From a virus, in UHGV virus genome UHGV-1356165: 44,902 nt of DNA; one strand, written 5' to 3'. The notes under the pieces were generated by a model. That model did no database searches and had not been told where the DNA came from. It worked only from the letters and a program-made list of their open reading frames with translations. The position numbers and the translations under genes were made by a program. This document shows, in pieces, positions 19,857 to 30,101 of the stretch (its first letter is position 1; every line of letters starts with the position of its first letter).

Positions 19857-20377
19857 TATTTTAACCCCTTGAGTGCTTTAACAGTGGTTTCAGACAACTT
19901 GCCCGATTTTGGTTTTGAATCCATTGCAACAGCAGGCGATTTGTGCGACTTAACAAGAGCGGCTAGACCAGCAGTATTAATGCCTGTGGTATCAACACCT
20001 TTTTGTTTAAGCGCATAAGCATAAACTTCGTAATCAGAACTAAAACCATCAAGTGCAATTGCGCCTACTAATGGCTCAACTTCACGACCAGCTTTAAAGA
20101 TATTCATGATAGAGCCGCGAACCTCTGCTGCATCCATAGCATGCTTCTTATCTTCATCACGATCTTTTTCTTCACGCTTTTCACGTGCTCTAAGACGCAT
20201 GGCTTCTGATTCGTTGTCTCTGTCAGCCTGAGTTTGCTTGTCTTCATCTTTGGCTTTCTTATCGTCTTCCTCAGAATCTTCTACAATGTCCTCATCTTCG
20301 GCTTTTTTGTCTTCATCCTCATCCTCTGCTTTCTTATCATCGTCAGCATCGAGAGCCAAAGAACTATGCACCGCCAA
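19856..20377 (-). CDS. Scaffold-like protein with an acidic tandem-repeat N-terminus
   Basis: The DKKAEDEDED repeat is also a DNA-level tandem repeat (about 20240..20350). ATGA overlap with the next gene. Confidence 0.4.
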   Translation of the reverse strand: MAVHSSLALDADDDKKAEDEDEDKKAEDEDIVEDSEEDDKKAKDEDKQTQADRDNESEAMRLRAREKREEKDRDEDKKHAMDAAEVRGSIMNIFKAGREVEPLVGAIALDGFSSDYEVYAYALKQKGVDTTGINTAGLAALVKSHKSPAVAMDSKPKSGKLSETTVKALKGLK

Positions 20378-20411
20378 AACAGCTTTTTTACATCTTCCAA
20401 AGAATCCATGC

Positions 20412-21197
20412 CTAACTGTTTTTGCAGCTTTGCAAGGCTTCCGTTTTAAGTTTGATTGTCATCAATTGACCCTCTATTGAATCTGCGATAATTGCGTCAC
20501 TGCCAATTCTACCACGTTCTACGATAGCAACGTGATTACCATGTATTTCTCGCATAATACCATCATAAGGAATGCCATTCCAAGTGCCTGCTGTCATATC
20601 AGGCGTATAAGCATAACCCGCTGATAATTCACCTAATGCGCGGCTTTCAATATAGTTAATACCTTCCTGATCAAATACGCGCAAAGATGACCACACTCGC
20701 CCTTCATCATCCATTGTGATTTCAGTTCCAATAGAACCAATAGTTGACTCTTTTTCAGGCTGTGAAGCATCTACGGGGATATGGCGTTTAAGAAGTTGCA
20801 AGCCTTTAAATGTAGGTAATGCTTTGCGTAATTCTTCTGGATCACGCAGCAGCATGTATTCCTTGTTTGGATCAAGACCTAATTCTTTCCAGTTCGGAAT
20901 AGATGAACCTGAATAGGGATTAACGGCAGCTTTAGTGATGATTGTCTTGTCAACAAGCAAATGATTGTTTCTATCATAGCTTCGAGCTGACCTATCCATT
21001 GCATGTTCAGGCTCTTTCTTTTCTTCATCAAGCCATTGATTAAACAATTCTTCAAGCTTGTCAAAATCGGTATCAGTCGCCATGCCTGCTTCTTTATATG
21101 CAATAGCAATCGCTTGATCTTTCGGCCTACCCGAATCAATTAACTCTTTAATGTTTGCGTGTATTGTCTCTTGGGACTTACCCTCAATTAATGGCAC
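20412..21197 (-). CDS. Prohead protease / DUF2213-like head maturation protein
   Basis: 261 aa. Upstream of scaffold and capsid. Confidence 0.4.
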   Translation of the reverse strand: MPLIEGKSQETIHANIKELIDSGRPKDQAIAIAYKEAGMATDTDFDKLEELFNQWLDEEKKEPEHAMDRSARSYDRNNHLLVDKTIITKAAVNPYSGSSIPNWKELGLDPNKEYMLLRDPEELRKALPTFKGLQLLKRHIPVDASQPEKESTIGSIGTEITMDDEGRVWSSLRVFDQEGINYIESRALGELSAGYAYTPDMTAGTWNGIPYDGIMREIHGNHVAIVERGRIGSDAIIADSIEGQLMTIKLKTEALQSCKNS

Positions 21198-21230
21198 TTC
21201 AATACCCCTATTAATTTTTTACATTATGCA

Positions 21231-21256
21231 ATAAAAAAGCCACTCGTTAAAGTGGC
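21231..21256 (-). terminator. Terminator closing the micro-gene operon
   Basis: GCCACT-cgttaa-AGTGGC with U6 on the minus strand. Confidence 0.6.
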
Positions 21257-21296
21257 ATTGTTCTGTCTATGTAAGATTTACTCATAAACTTAAACC

Positions 21297-21440
21297 TTAT
21301 CCATTTTTTAGTAAAACCTCCCACATAAACATTTTATTATCATCAAACCTCCAGTAGAGCGGATATTTATTCATATTTCCACACATCTCGTAATGCGTCG
21401 CGCCCTGCGGTGCATTCTTTCTGATTTCTTCAATGGTCAT
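21297..21440 (-). CDS. Unannotated 47-aa micro-protein, ATHY family copy 1 (MTIEEIRKNAPQGATHYEMC...)
   Basis: ATG at 21440. Paralogous to 29504..29671 and 38844..38990. Confidence 0.45.
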   Translation of the reverse strand: MTIEEIRKNAPQGATHYEMCGNMNKYPLYWRFDDNKMFMWEVLLKNG

Positions 21441-21579
21441 TGATATATTCCTCATAAGTTAGTAAATCTTTATATGTATTCAAGCTACCACAAGAAATAC
21501 AACAATCTGCACTACTTGTTGATGTATACCCACAATCATTGCATCGTGTTATTTCCATTTCTACATCTTTGTCATTCAT
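21430..21579 (-). CDS. Unannotated 49-aa zinc-ribbon micro-protein (CNDCGY...CCISCGS)
   Basis: ATG at 21579 overlapping the upstream stop (ATGAATGA). Four-Cys motif. Confidence 0.4.
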   Translation of the reverse strand: MNDKDVEMEITRCNDCGYTSTSSADCCISCGSLNTYKDLLTYEEYINDH

Positions 21580-21853
21580 CAACTGCTCCTATCATGGCTT
21601 TGTAAACCTCATGAACTTGGCTATCAAAGAAAAATTCATCGTGTGCATCGTATCCAGCTTTTAGCATTTTCTTATTTGCAATAACAGGCACAAGCACATA
21701 ACCCTCACGATTTCGGCTTGCGAGCCAAGAAGTCCACATCATGTGAATACTTGATTCTTTATACGTGTTGCAACTCTCATTCCATTCTGCATCAGATAAC
21801 CATGTATCCGATATAAAGGCCTCAAATAACTCACGTTCTTTTTCAATATTCAC
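21572..21853 (-). CDS. Small protein, EKER family (paralog of 33232..33606)
   Basis: Shared EKER..F / GYVLVP / Y.AMI.A motifs. Confidence 0.45.
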   Translation of the reverse strand: MNIEKERELFEAFISDTWLSDAEWNESCNTYKESSIHMMWTSWLASRNREGYVLVPVIANKKMLKAGYDAHDEFFFDSQVHEVYKAMIGAVDE

Positions 21854-22038
21854 TCTTTAACTCCATAATGTTTGCATATTAGCGGGTAGTGTAAAATTAT
21901 CAATTTCCACAATGGGTGACTGTTATCAAGATTGTGAAGATTTCCACCCTGAGTGCAAACCAATCCATTTTTAATAAAAACCCTACATCCTATTGAACCA
22001 AGTATTTTAATTAATTTTTCAGCAGTCATTAACTTCAT
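21850..22038 (-). CDS. Hypothetical small protein
   Basis: Overlap-coupled. Confidence 0.35.
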   Translation of the reverse strand: MKLMTAEKLIKILGSIGCRVFIKNGLVCTQGGNLHNLDNSHPLWKLIILHYPLICKHYGVKE

Positions 22039-22333
22039 ACCTACCTCACAAAAAATATAATATAAAAAATAACTAGGGATGTGATCATGTAGCCCGCTCT
22101 CGTCAATCCGTCTTGAGCGAAGATTGCACTAATCATCCAAGCCACCCCCATCCCAAAGCAGATAAACGACAAGTCAGACATTACGTGTACTCAAATTTTT
22201 TACAAAGTATAGCAAATCTGTACACTTTTCGTTTGATTGTTACATTATTTCTCCTCACCATAAAGCATGGCTTCCAGTTGGGTTATTTGTTTTTTAGTTC
22301 TTCAAAACACCATTCATTAAAACTCCTCGCATC

Positions 22334-22578
22334 TCAATCCATATCGGTTAATTTATTAAAATTATTTAAGCACCACTGAAAAGAACTCCAGTTCACCTTA
22401 ACACCACTTTCAATGCATCTTGATTTTAAATCATTAAGATCGCTTGTTGATTTAATCTCAGTTGGTCTAAAACTCTTATACCCCCAATAGTATCCAACAT
22501 AGCCGTATTCGTTAGAAACTATAACTTTTTGTTTTTATTAAATATCCCAATAATTATACCATTTTCATAAGTAAGCAT
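22334..22578 (-). pseudogene. Small gene with a frame break at AAAAACAAAAAG (plus strand 22524..22535)
   Basis: MLTYENGIIIGIFNKNKK then, in the next frame, VIVSNEYGYVGYYWGYKSF...LTDMD. The plus-strand ORF 22113..22379 is its antisense artefact. Confidence 0.35.
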
Positions 22579-22604
22579 ACATTACCCCATTGCTTTGAGT
22601 TGGT

Positions 22605-22793
22605 CTAGGGTGATTGCTTTGTGAAAATTAGTGGGATTAAAATTAAAAAACCATATCCACTGTTATTAAAAGTCACCCATTCTGGATTAATTGTTAACTT
22701 AAATGTTAATTTTAATCCTTTGGATTCCAGTGTTTTAATAACCTCATCAAGCGGTTGCTGCTCATTAATTTGGATTTTCATGTTTTTATACAC
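22605..22793 (-). CDS. Hypothetical small protein
   Basis: 62 aa. Within the micro-gene operon. Confidence 0.35.
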   Translation of the reverse strand: MYKNMKIQINEQQPLDEVIKTLESKGLKLTFKLTINPEWVTFNNSGYGFLILIPLIFTKQSP

Positions 22794-22794
22794 A

Positions 22795-22983
22795 TTAATC
22801 TCCTAACCACTCAACATTGCAAAAAATAAGAAGTTCCTGTTCTGACATCTTGGATTCATTAATAGATTGTTTACACTCGCAGCTTTTTGATGCAATAGGA
22901 TACCCCATGCAGCCACACATATTTCCCGAGCAACATCCAATAAACACAATCCCAGTGTCTTCACATATACTGCAAACTTTCAT
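22795..22983 (-). CDS. Cys-rich zinc-binding small protein (12 Cys in 62 aa)
   Basis: CSICEDTG..GCCSGNMCGCMG..CECKQ. Confidence 0.4.
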   Translation of the reverse strand: MKVCSICEDTGIVFIGCCSGNMCGCMGYPIASKSCECKQSINESKMSEQELLIFCNVEWLGD

Positions 22984-22992
22984 ATTTACCCC

Positions 22993-23196
22993 TTAAAAAT
23001 CATCCACAATTTCATGCTTTGATGAATCATACACAAAGCTGAAATGCTCGAACTCATTAAATAAAACCTGATTAAGCACTGACTGGCAGCACTCACTCAC
23101 AATCTGATTGTATCGCTCCAACGTGATGTATAAGCCTTTCCATCTGCCGCGTATTGCGATGGATGCAACATCTTCACCGTGAATTATTTTGATCAT
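22993..23196 (-). CDS. Hypothetical small protein
   Basis: 67 aa. Confidence 0.35.
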   Translation of the reverse strand: MIKIIHGEDVASIAIRGRWKGLYITLERYNQIVSECCQSVLNQVLFNEFEHFSFVYDSSKHEIVDDF

Positions 23197-23396
23197 TTCA
23201 CACCTACTATGCAGTAATTCCGTATAATTAATTTATCTTTTGAATAAGCTTTTTGATTTGCCTGACATTGAGCCATGTTTGCCTGTGGTATTTGTACAGT
23301 TGTAACAGATCTAGCAGCGCAATGCATTCCACAACTTTCATCCATAGTAAACATCACCAAAACCAAATAAACTACGTTAATCATTTTAACCACCAA
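23193..23396 (-). CDS. Hypothetical small protein, Cys-containing
   Basis: 67 aa. Confidence 0.35.
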   Translation of the reverse strand: MVVKMINVVYLVLVMFTMDESCGMHCAARSVTTVQIPQANMAQCQANQKAYSKDKLIIRNYCIVGVK

Positions 23397-23610
23397 TCCA
23401 ATGACCGAAATTTAACATTGATATAGCAATAATAATAAGAATTGCCGAAAATACTAAAAATACTGGAAATCCAATAATCATTAATCTTTGATTTAAGTAA
23501 TCACTTGGCTTGTACCTAAACAGCAAAACAATAAAAACAAGACCAAAAATTATGATTAAAATAGGTATTGCGTACTCTAAAAAATTAATCATTTCAAACC
23601 CTCCAATCAA
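23386..23610 (-). CDS. Small membrane protein (two TM helices)
   Basis: Hydrophobic (ILIIIFGLVFIVLLF..GFPVFLVFSAILIIIAISML). Confidence 0.4.
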   Translation of the reverse strand: MIGGFEMINFLEYAIPILIIIFGLVFIVLLFRYKPSDYLNQRLMIIGFPVFLVFSAILIIIAISMLNFGHWIGG

Positions 23611-23613
23611 TAA

Positions 23614-23826
23614 TCACCACAATGCAATTATTTCACCATCAGCAATATCTTCAGAAAAATCAGTGTCAGTGCAATCAAACCACTGGCCACCATTAACACT
23701 CATGTACAAAGCAACACCATTTTCAACATAGTAAAAACATATCCAGCTAGAATCTACAAAGCTGTAATGAGTTGCGTCTTTTGGCGCTATATTTCTTGCT
23801 TTTGTTAAGTACATAAAAACCTCCAA
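23614..23826 (-). CDS. First gene of the micro-gene operon. Likely start at the second ATG.
   Basis: GGAGG-N5-ATG immediately downstream of promoter d. Confidence 0.4.
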   Translation of the reverse strand: MEVFMYLTKARNIAPKDATHYSFVDSSWICFYYVENGVALYMSVNGGQWFDCTDTDFSEDIADGEIIALW

Positions 23827-23836
23827 TCAATAACCC

Positions 23837-23865
23837 AATATACAATACTATAAAATTATATGCAA
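23837..23865 (-). promoter_or_regulatory. Promoter cassette copy d: TTGCAT-17-TATATT
   Basis: -35 at 23860..23865 and -10 at 23837..23842. Confidence 0.55.
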
Positions 23866-24395
23866 CATATAGATAAAATAAAACCCCGATACTTTACAGC
23901 ATGGGGTTCTAATCATTGTATCGGCACAGTCAAGAGTAACTTCTTATGTAAGGATAACACTGAAGCCTAAACGATTTTAATACTTGTATTTTACTCTTGA
24001 TTACTCCGAGAAATAATCGTGATGCATAGGACACATCTTTTAAATACAACACCATCGTTTTAATGGTAATTAAGCCAATCAACCGCATGATGCAACCCAT
24101 GCCCTGTACAGTAAATTGATCAACTTAGATGAAGTGAACAATTGCGCCAAACGCTAACAATGAAGCTATGCAATCAGGTAGTGTGTAGCCCTATGCACTC
24201 GCCTATTCACTTCTCTAAATTGCCTTCTTTCAGGCTGTCAATTGATCGGCAACGTGCGAATAGTTGCATACATGCACTTTGATGTATCTGACGCATGCTT
24301 AGCTCTTACTGTGTCGCCCACAGATTCGATCAATAATCAAATAATACCAAACCAAACTAAAAATACAAATCAGTTGTTTTGATATGTATTATTAA

Positions 24396-25049
24396 CTAAT
24401 TTAATAAAGTCTTAGCAATAGATGAAACCCTATCCTTGCAAAGCTTGTAAATCTCCTTGTAATCAAGTCCAGCATTTAATCCATCACTAATGGCAATTTT
24501 AACCATTGTTTCCGCTATCTTTATTTCATCCAATTTTCTGATAGGCAATATGTCGCGCTGACCTGCTTCAATGCCTAAAGCAGCATTTGTCATCTTTGTG
24601 ATGGTCATGTAATACATTTCTGCATTTGAGCTACCATTTTTTCTTGCATAGTCAACCAAGTCACGAATAGCATCAGTTTCCAAGTGTCGAACTTGTTTCC
24701 CTTCAATTCTAGCTATATCTCTCTTAGCTAATTGCGTTCTAGCGTCACGAAATGCTTTAACTAGCTTTAACTTTGCGGCAACAATATGATTATTGTTTCG
24801 CATTAAAGTTAGAAGAAAGTAGCATTGATCTTCATTCAATAAAGCAAATCTAACTTGAGAATTGTTGTATCCACATTCCGTTTGAAACGGAAGCTGACCA
24901 AGTGACTCAAATTGCGATTTATACTTATCTATGTTTTCAAGTATTGTGCGATGACGGTGATTTAATTCTGGAGCGAGTAGGCGAGAATCTACACGAAACT
25001 CAGATTTAATTAAGGCAATGGAAAAATCAGACATAATTTTAACTCTCAA
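24396..25049 (-). CDS. Rha-family phage regulatory protein (antirepressor-like)
   Basis: The N-terminal FRVDSRLLAPELNHRHRTILENI resembles the Phage_pRha domain. Confidence 0.5.
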   Translation of the reverse strand: MRVKIMSDFSIALIKSEFRVDSRLLAPELNHRHRTILENIDKYKSQFESLGQLPFQTECGYNNSQVRFALLNEDQCYFLLTLMRNNNHIVAAKLKLVKAFRDARTQLAKRDIARIEGKQVRHLETDAIRDLVDYARKNGSSNAEMYYMTITKMTNAALGIEAGQRDILPIRKLDEIKIAETMVKIAISDGLNAGLDYKEIYKLCKDRVSSIAKTLLN

Positions 25050-25074
25050 AGTTGTGCCACTATTGGCAATTTAA

Positions 25075-25845
25075 TTATACCATAGAATCAGGAACATCAA
25101 TTATTAGATATTTTCTACATTTGCAAAAAGGTAAAAATGCAGGCTGAATGTACTGGCCCGAAATATAGCAGCCTTTTTCTATCTCAAACCTTGTGCCGTG
25201 CGCTTTAACATGGTCATGTCTAGGTGACTTTGATGCGCTGGAATGCAACCAAATAGCCTCTTTAATCCCAAGCTCTTGCGCCCTAGCATTCTCAAAAGCC
25301 TGATTCAACTTAGCAGTCTGATCCTTCGCAATGTTCTTTGCCCTGCGATCTGTTACGCCGTCAATCTCTTTTAGTTGCTTGATTAGTGATTCAACATCAT
25401 AGCCATTCTTAACACTACGCCAAACAGCAGAACGAACTTTATCTAAATACTCATTACCGATAGACTTAATTAGCGCCACATTTTCCTCAAGCGCAATCTT
25501 CATCTGTTCCTCAACATCAGGCGTATACTTTGGACTAACCGTAAAACCACGTTTCTTTAATTGATTGAATAGACGCTTGTCATAATGCGTCTTAGACTTG
25601 CCGACCAACTCTTTAGCAATCTCTTTCGGCATCGTATCAAGCTTGTTTTGCCACCGATCAATCAACGAATCAATAACATGGCCAATCCAGTCGATAATAC
25701 CATCCATAGCAATTTCTGAACGATAAGGCTTAACGACATCCTGAATAATGTCGTTTCGCATTTCATCCATCATGGCCTGCATCTGCTCACGATACCATTT
25801 GGTTATCGAAGCAGACGGGGCGATTGAGTTAAGAGTTATTTGCAT
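25075..25845 (-). CDS. Head morphogenesis protein (Mu gpF / SPP1 gp7 family)
   Basis: 256 aa. Directly after the portal gene. Confidence 0.55.
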   Translation of the reverse strand: MQITLNSIAPSASITKWYREQMQAMMDEMRNDIIQDVVKPYRSEIAMDGIIDWIGHVIDSLIDRWQNKLDTMPKEIAKELVGKSKTHYDKRLFNQLKKRGFTVSPKYTPDVEEQMKIALEENVALIKSIGNEYLDKVRSAVWRSVKNGYDVESLIKQLKEIDGVTDRRAKNIAKDQTAKLNQAFENARAQELGIKEAIWLHSSASKSPRHDHVKAHGTRFEIEKGCYISGQYIQPAFLPFCKCRKYLIIDVPDSMV

Positions 25846-26215
25846 TAGCTAGGTTAGCCTCAATACGTTTTACAATCTCAATCATCCTTTCTTTTTTGTA
25901 TACAGGCTCATTGTTTTGAATTCTTTTTTTAACATCATCAACAGTTCCATAAGTGCCAACCCTACCAAAATCAATCATTGCTTGTTGTAGTTCAGATGAA
26001 TTAAACCCATTAGGGTCATCTTTTAGGTAACCATCATCCCAAGAAAACTTGCGCTTGTCACCAAACCCTCTTAGTTTAACAATTGCTTTTGTTGCCAACA
26101 TATAGTCTTTTTTTATTAAAACATAAGGATTACTTATCAACATTTTCACCACCTCCATCATCATAAGGATCAACCTCAGGTGCATTGCCCTCCAATTGAT
26201 ACCCACTGTCTTCAT
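25829..26215 (-). CDS. Hypothetical protein. Probable true start near 26143 (MLISNPYV...).
   Basis: Overlaps the portal 3' end when taken from the first Met. Confidence 0.35.
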   Translation of the reverse strand: MKTVGINWRAMHLRLILMMMEVVKMLISNPYVLIKKDYMLATKAIVKLRGFGDKRKFSWDDGYLKDDPNGFNSSELQQAMIDFGRVGTYGTVDDVKKRIQNNEPVYKKERMIEIVKRIEANLANANNS

Positions 26216-27584
26216 CTTCGGTTAAAGCCTGACGCGCTTCATCATTATCTATTACACCCTCTTGAATGTAAATCTGCGCGGTCTGTGCTTTCTTGAGATT
26301 CACATCTGCACGCTCATTGTCATCCAACTGATACAACGGATTGAACTTGAACTGAATATCAGGGTCAACTTCACCCCATACATTTAACTGAATAATATCA
26401 ATAATCTTGTTCATGATCGGCATTAAAAACGCTTCTTGCTTTGCGCTAATTCCGTCATACATTGCACGGAACTCACCATCGCTAGTATTTCCTAGTCCAG
26501 CAGTAGGCGTGCCGAAAATCTTAATTACAGGCAATTGAGCAGGGTAAGCTTGCATGACCGTGAACTTATCTAATAGCTCAGGAAGACTTGTAAGCGGGGT
26601 ATTGATCTGGAAAAATTCTTCTGTCTCTTTGTCCATGCTCACAATGCCGCGATTATCACGCATCAAGGCAAGCGTCTTCAATCGAGCAACTAATTGATTT
26701 ACACCATCATCATCACCTTGCAGTATGGCAGTCATATCAGTTTTTAAGCCAGTCAAGCTAAACATCGTAATGACTTTAGCAATCGAATCAGCAACAGACT
26801 GGAATCTCTGCACATACGGCAACATTAACTGCGACATTGCAATACCGTAGAAATTGTATGCAGGCTTAAGCATATCAGGCAAAGGTCGGGTGATAAGCGT
26901 CATTAGACGACTGTGATGAATTTGCTTACCCATAGCCCACCATACTGACGGAACAAAAAAATCAGGCTTAGTTGCGTCATGAGCGTTATATATACTTGGC
27001 GCAGTCCACATTGGCTCAATGACTGTGAAGCCTTCTAGTGAACCCTTGCGAATACCCTTATCATTAATCAACAGTGGCAAATCTGTTTTATCATCTTGAC
27101 CTTTAATTGAAATAAATAAGTGAGCGCCACCGAAGTATCCATCCTTTTCTACTGCTCGACGCATCAAGCCACGCACACCTAAGCGCTTCAACTCAGACTC
27201 AATGACGTCAATCTTTTCTTGATCCTCGCCTTTAACCTCGCCCCATTCTCGCGTCATTTCTTGAGCCATTGTTTCAATGACTAAACGATATTCGGTAGAT
27301 TGCGCAAGCTGTGACAACGCCTGATAACCCAAATATGAGCTATAGAATTGAGCATCAAGCCCTGCATAGTTTGAAGCTGTGCAAAACCCATCCATCGCCA
27401 TTGCGTCATAATCAGGCGCTACACCATCAGGAATAGATGGTGCTTTGTATGCATTGGCGGGTGCTTGATATGGATTTAGGTTTGTATGATCCGTAGCAAC
27501 TTCAAGTCGATTCGCCAATGACTGCCATTTTGCTCTTTTCTTCGGCTGTGTTACCTCAGCATCTTTCTTTTTAAACCAGGTCAT
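26130..27584 (-). CDS. Portal protein
   Basis: 484 aa. Follows large terminase. Acidic C-terminus. Confidence 0.65.
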   Translation of the reverse strand: MTWFKKKDAEVTQPKKRAKWQSLANRLEVATDHTNLNPYQAPANAYKAPSIPDGVAPDYDAMAMDGFCTASNYAGLDAQFYSSYLGYQALSQLAQSTEYRLVIETMAQEMTREWGEVKGEDQEKIDVIESELKRLGVRGLMRRAVEKDGYFGGAHLFISIKGQDDKTDLPLLINDKGIRKGSLEGFTVIEPMWTAPSIYNAHDATKPDFFVPSVWWAMGKQIHHSRLMTLITRPLPDMLKPAYNFYGIAMSQLMLPYVQRFQSVADSIAKVITMFSLTGLKTDMTAILQGDDDGVNQLVARLKTLALMRDNRGIVSMDKETEEFFQINTPLTSLPELLDKFTVMQAYPAQLPVIKIFGTPTAGLGNTSDGEFRAMYDGISAKQEAFLMPIMNKIIDIIQLNVWGEVDPDIQFKFNPLYQLDDNERADVNLKKAQTAQIYIQEGVIDNDEARQALTEDEDSGYQLEGNAPEVDPYDDGGGENVDK

Positions 27585-27602
27585 AAGAAATACTCTATTA
27601 GC

Positions 27603-29012
27603 TTAATGCTGATTCTACAGCAGATAAGTTGATGTTCATACCACCAGTGACAGGCGCATAACTCATAATAAAAGCATCTGCCAAGTTGGGTGACTTAATA
27701 TCACGTTTGGCCAAGTCTTTTTTACTTCCACCTTAACCCGACCATTGTTATCAAAGTCGCGCATTGGGATAGACAATTCCATCTTTAGCTTTTCAATGTG
27801 CGGCATATCAGAACTAATTGATATCAAATCATCAAGCTTGTATTTAGGCACCTCATCACCGTTTTTCATCGCTTGTATAACCTGATGTGTCAATCTAAAC
27901 CTGTCAGCAATCTGCCACCATGTTTGGCTTTTTAGGTTAGCAAAGAAGTCTTTGTTTTTGATTTGGCCTGCACGCTCATAATATGCCTCTGGCTTTTGAA
28001 CCGCCGCGCCTGCATTAAATTTACCATGTCTAATGTTTGCGCCATTTGATGAATTTAACTCATTAAATTTAGAACCAACTCCAGCACCCACACCTATTGA
28101 ATCGTAAATAACAAAAGCTTTAAGCTCTTTTGCTTTGCTATAAACTTTGGTGCATGACTTTAATAGCTCATCTTCTTTGCCATTCCATTCTTCACACCAG
28201 TGAGCAACAATACCCTTTCTGTATACCATTGCGTTTTTATCGCCACCAGAGTCTGCAACGTCGTAACCAATGATAGGCCTACCATCATCCGATAGGTTTA
28301 GTAATTTATGCGCATCAATAGCAGAATTAACCCAAGATGCTTTAATGATGCTTGAATCATCATCCGAACTTGGAACGCCAAGATAAATCTTTTCAAAAGT
28401 ATCAGGGTTATTCTTTTTGTGGTTTTCAATAACCTTTAATGCTGTGCTAGACAGGAATCTGTTCTCATCATAATTCACAAGCCTGATAATTGTATCGTCT
28501 GGCTTATTTACAACAAAGTTCTGCCAAACAAAATCTGAAACCAAGTCAGGGTTAAACAACAGCCAACATTCCGAACCCTCTTTTCGAATAGTCGGCTCTA
28601 AAACTTGCCATTGTCCCTCAGTTAAAGCGTGAGATTCTTCTGACCACAAAACATCCACAGACTCAATAGATTTGATTTCACTAATATGACGCCACAAGCC
28701 ATAAAACATAAACTCAGAGCCAGTTTTTTTATTAATGATTTTATTGTCCAAAATCCTAAAATTATCACTCAATCCAAACCTTTCGATCTGGATTTTAAGC
28801 AACGAGTAAACCGATTCTTCAATCTTGTTTTGCAACTGACGAACACACAAAAAACGCAGCTTGTATTTGTTAGATAAAAACACAGCCATGCCAGCAGCAT
28901 CCCAAGACTTTCCAGACATACGCCCACCCATCAAAATCTTATTACGGGCTTTTGTAGTCCAGAACGGACGCAATACAGGATTAAGACTAGGCCTCTCTTT
29001 CAATGTCTGCAT
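27603..29012 (-). CDS. Terminase large subunit. The C-terminal about 40 codons are in the next frame after an A6 run.
   Basis: Walker A GGRMSGKS. The listed frame ends at 27663. The alternative frame gives ...KKDLAKRDIKSPNLADAFIMSYAPV...ALS* ending at 27603, a typical terminase C-terminus. Break at plus-strand T6 27719..27724. Confidence 0.65.
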
Positions 29013-29463
29013 AGAAATCGTCCAAGCTATTGTTCATAGTCACATTAGATTGTATTTGCTGCTTATCAGCCAAACCAAGCTCACGACTAATAATATTAGC
29101 ATTAAGGAATCCACCACTAGCACCCTCAAATTTTTGAGAGAATATTACAGCTTCTATTTCCTCAACGATGTCAGAAAAATCTTGTTTAGCTTTATATTCA
29201 GACCAACCCTGACGGCTAATTCCAATAAAAAAACATAAAGCCTGAATTGTCATGGCTCTCATTTTTGGAATCTCACCCTCAACAATTTCACCTTCATAAG
29301 AAAACAACTTTGTTTCTATTAATGGATTCTCCTCAACCCACTCAAAATATTCACAAGCTGCATCCCACAAATCATCAGGCGATGCAAAAATTGGTTTACG
29401 CCCATGACTTGATCGCTGCATCCAAAACTTATTATTGTTTGGTGCGACCATAACCCACTCCAA
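28987..29463 (-). CDS. Terminase small subunit
   Basis: The N-terminal ..HGRKPIFASPDDLWDAACEYFEWV.. resembles the GRPTKYTPE.. small-terminase N-terminus. Overlap-coupled to large terminase. Confidence 0.55.
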   Translation of the reverse strand: MEWVMVAPNNNKFWMQRSSHGRKPIFASPDDLWDAACEYFEWVEENPLIETKLFSYEGEIVEGEIPKMRAMTIQALCFFIGISRQGWSEYKAKQDFSDIVEEIEAVIFSQKFEGASGGFLNANIISRELGLADKQQIQSNVTMNNSLDDFYADIEREA

Positions 29464-29492
29464 AATTAATTTATTTCATAATAACATAAAAC

Positions 29493-29516
29493 AAAAAACC
29501 GCGTTAAAGCGGTTTA
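29493..29516 (-). terminator. Terminator before the packaging operon
   Basis: AACCGC-gttaaa-GCGGTT with U6 on the minus strand. Confidence 0.55.
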
Positions 29517-29671
29517 AGTAATCCAATCCAAGATTTATCTATTGCCACATTGCCAGTTGGAGTTATTTCATACCAAAGAAATCCGATTTTTCTATGATAC
29601 GTAATATATTCATATTCAATGTAATGCGTCGCCCCACCAGGAGCTTTGTCTATAATTTCTTGCTTAGTCAT
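29504..29671 (-). CDS. Unannotated 55-aa micro-protein, ATHY family copy 2 (MTKQEIIDKAPGGATHYIEY...)
   Basis: ATG at 29671. Stop inside the terminator hairpin. Confidence 0.45.
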   Translation of the reverse strand: MTKQEIIDKAPGGATHYIEYEYITYHRKIGFLWYEITPTGNVAIDKSWIGLLKPL

Positions 29672-29830
29672 TTTTACCACCCTTGAGTGCTTGTTCTAAC
29701 TCACCAGCTATAACACTTAAATTTTGCAAATGCTCACATAACTTAGGTACTTTCTCTTTTAAAACATCCCATTCGTGAAATTCATTCATTGCCGATTTAT
29801 GGATATCTTCGACTGCTATTAAAGCTGTTT

Positions 29831-30100
29831 TTATGTGTTTTTTTGTGCATCCACCCGTGCCTGCAACTCATCAATTCGCTTTTGCTGTTTTTGCCAAGTT
29901 TGCAAACCATGGTCTAGGTCTGCTACACCATACCCACCCTTTTTAGTTGTATATGGAGTAAATCTAAGCTGTAATTTTTGTCTTTCTTGACCCTGTTTAT
30001 GAATAAAGTTTTCATAATCCAATCTAGTTGTCTCATTAAAAACCCTAACTGATGTTTGGTAATCCTCTAATGTTTCAAACTCTTTTTTAAACTTATTCAT
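29831..30100 (-). CDS. Hypothetical protein. Start at MNKFKK (30100) rather than the listed upstream Met.
   Basis: ATGA overlap with the preceding gene stop. Confidence 0.4.
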   Translation of the reverse strand: MNKFKKEFETLEDYQTSVRVFNETTRLDYENFIHKQGQERQKLQLRFTPYTTKKGGYGVADLDHGLQTWQKQQKRIDELQARVDAQKNT

Positions 30101-30101
30101 C

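Noticed and set aside
20240-20350. Tandem DNA repeat in the scaffold gene as a mobile or repeat element
   Set aside because: It encodes an in-frame acidic DKKAEDED low-complexity repeat typical of scaffold proteins. It is not an independent element.
23880-24330. Degraded integrase or tRNA fragment (attP) in the GC-richer noncoding stretch
   Set aside because: Minus- and plus-strand translations give no ORF longer than 30 aa and no recognisable integrase motifs. No tRNA T-arm or acceptor-like sequence.
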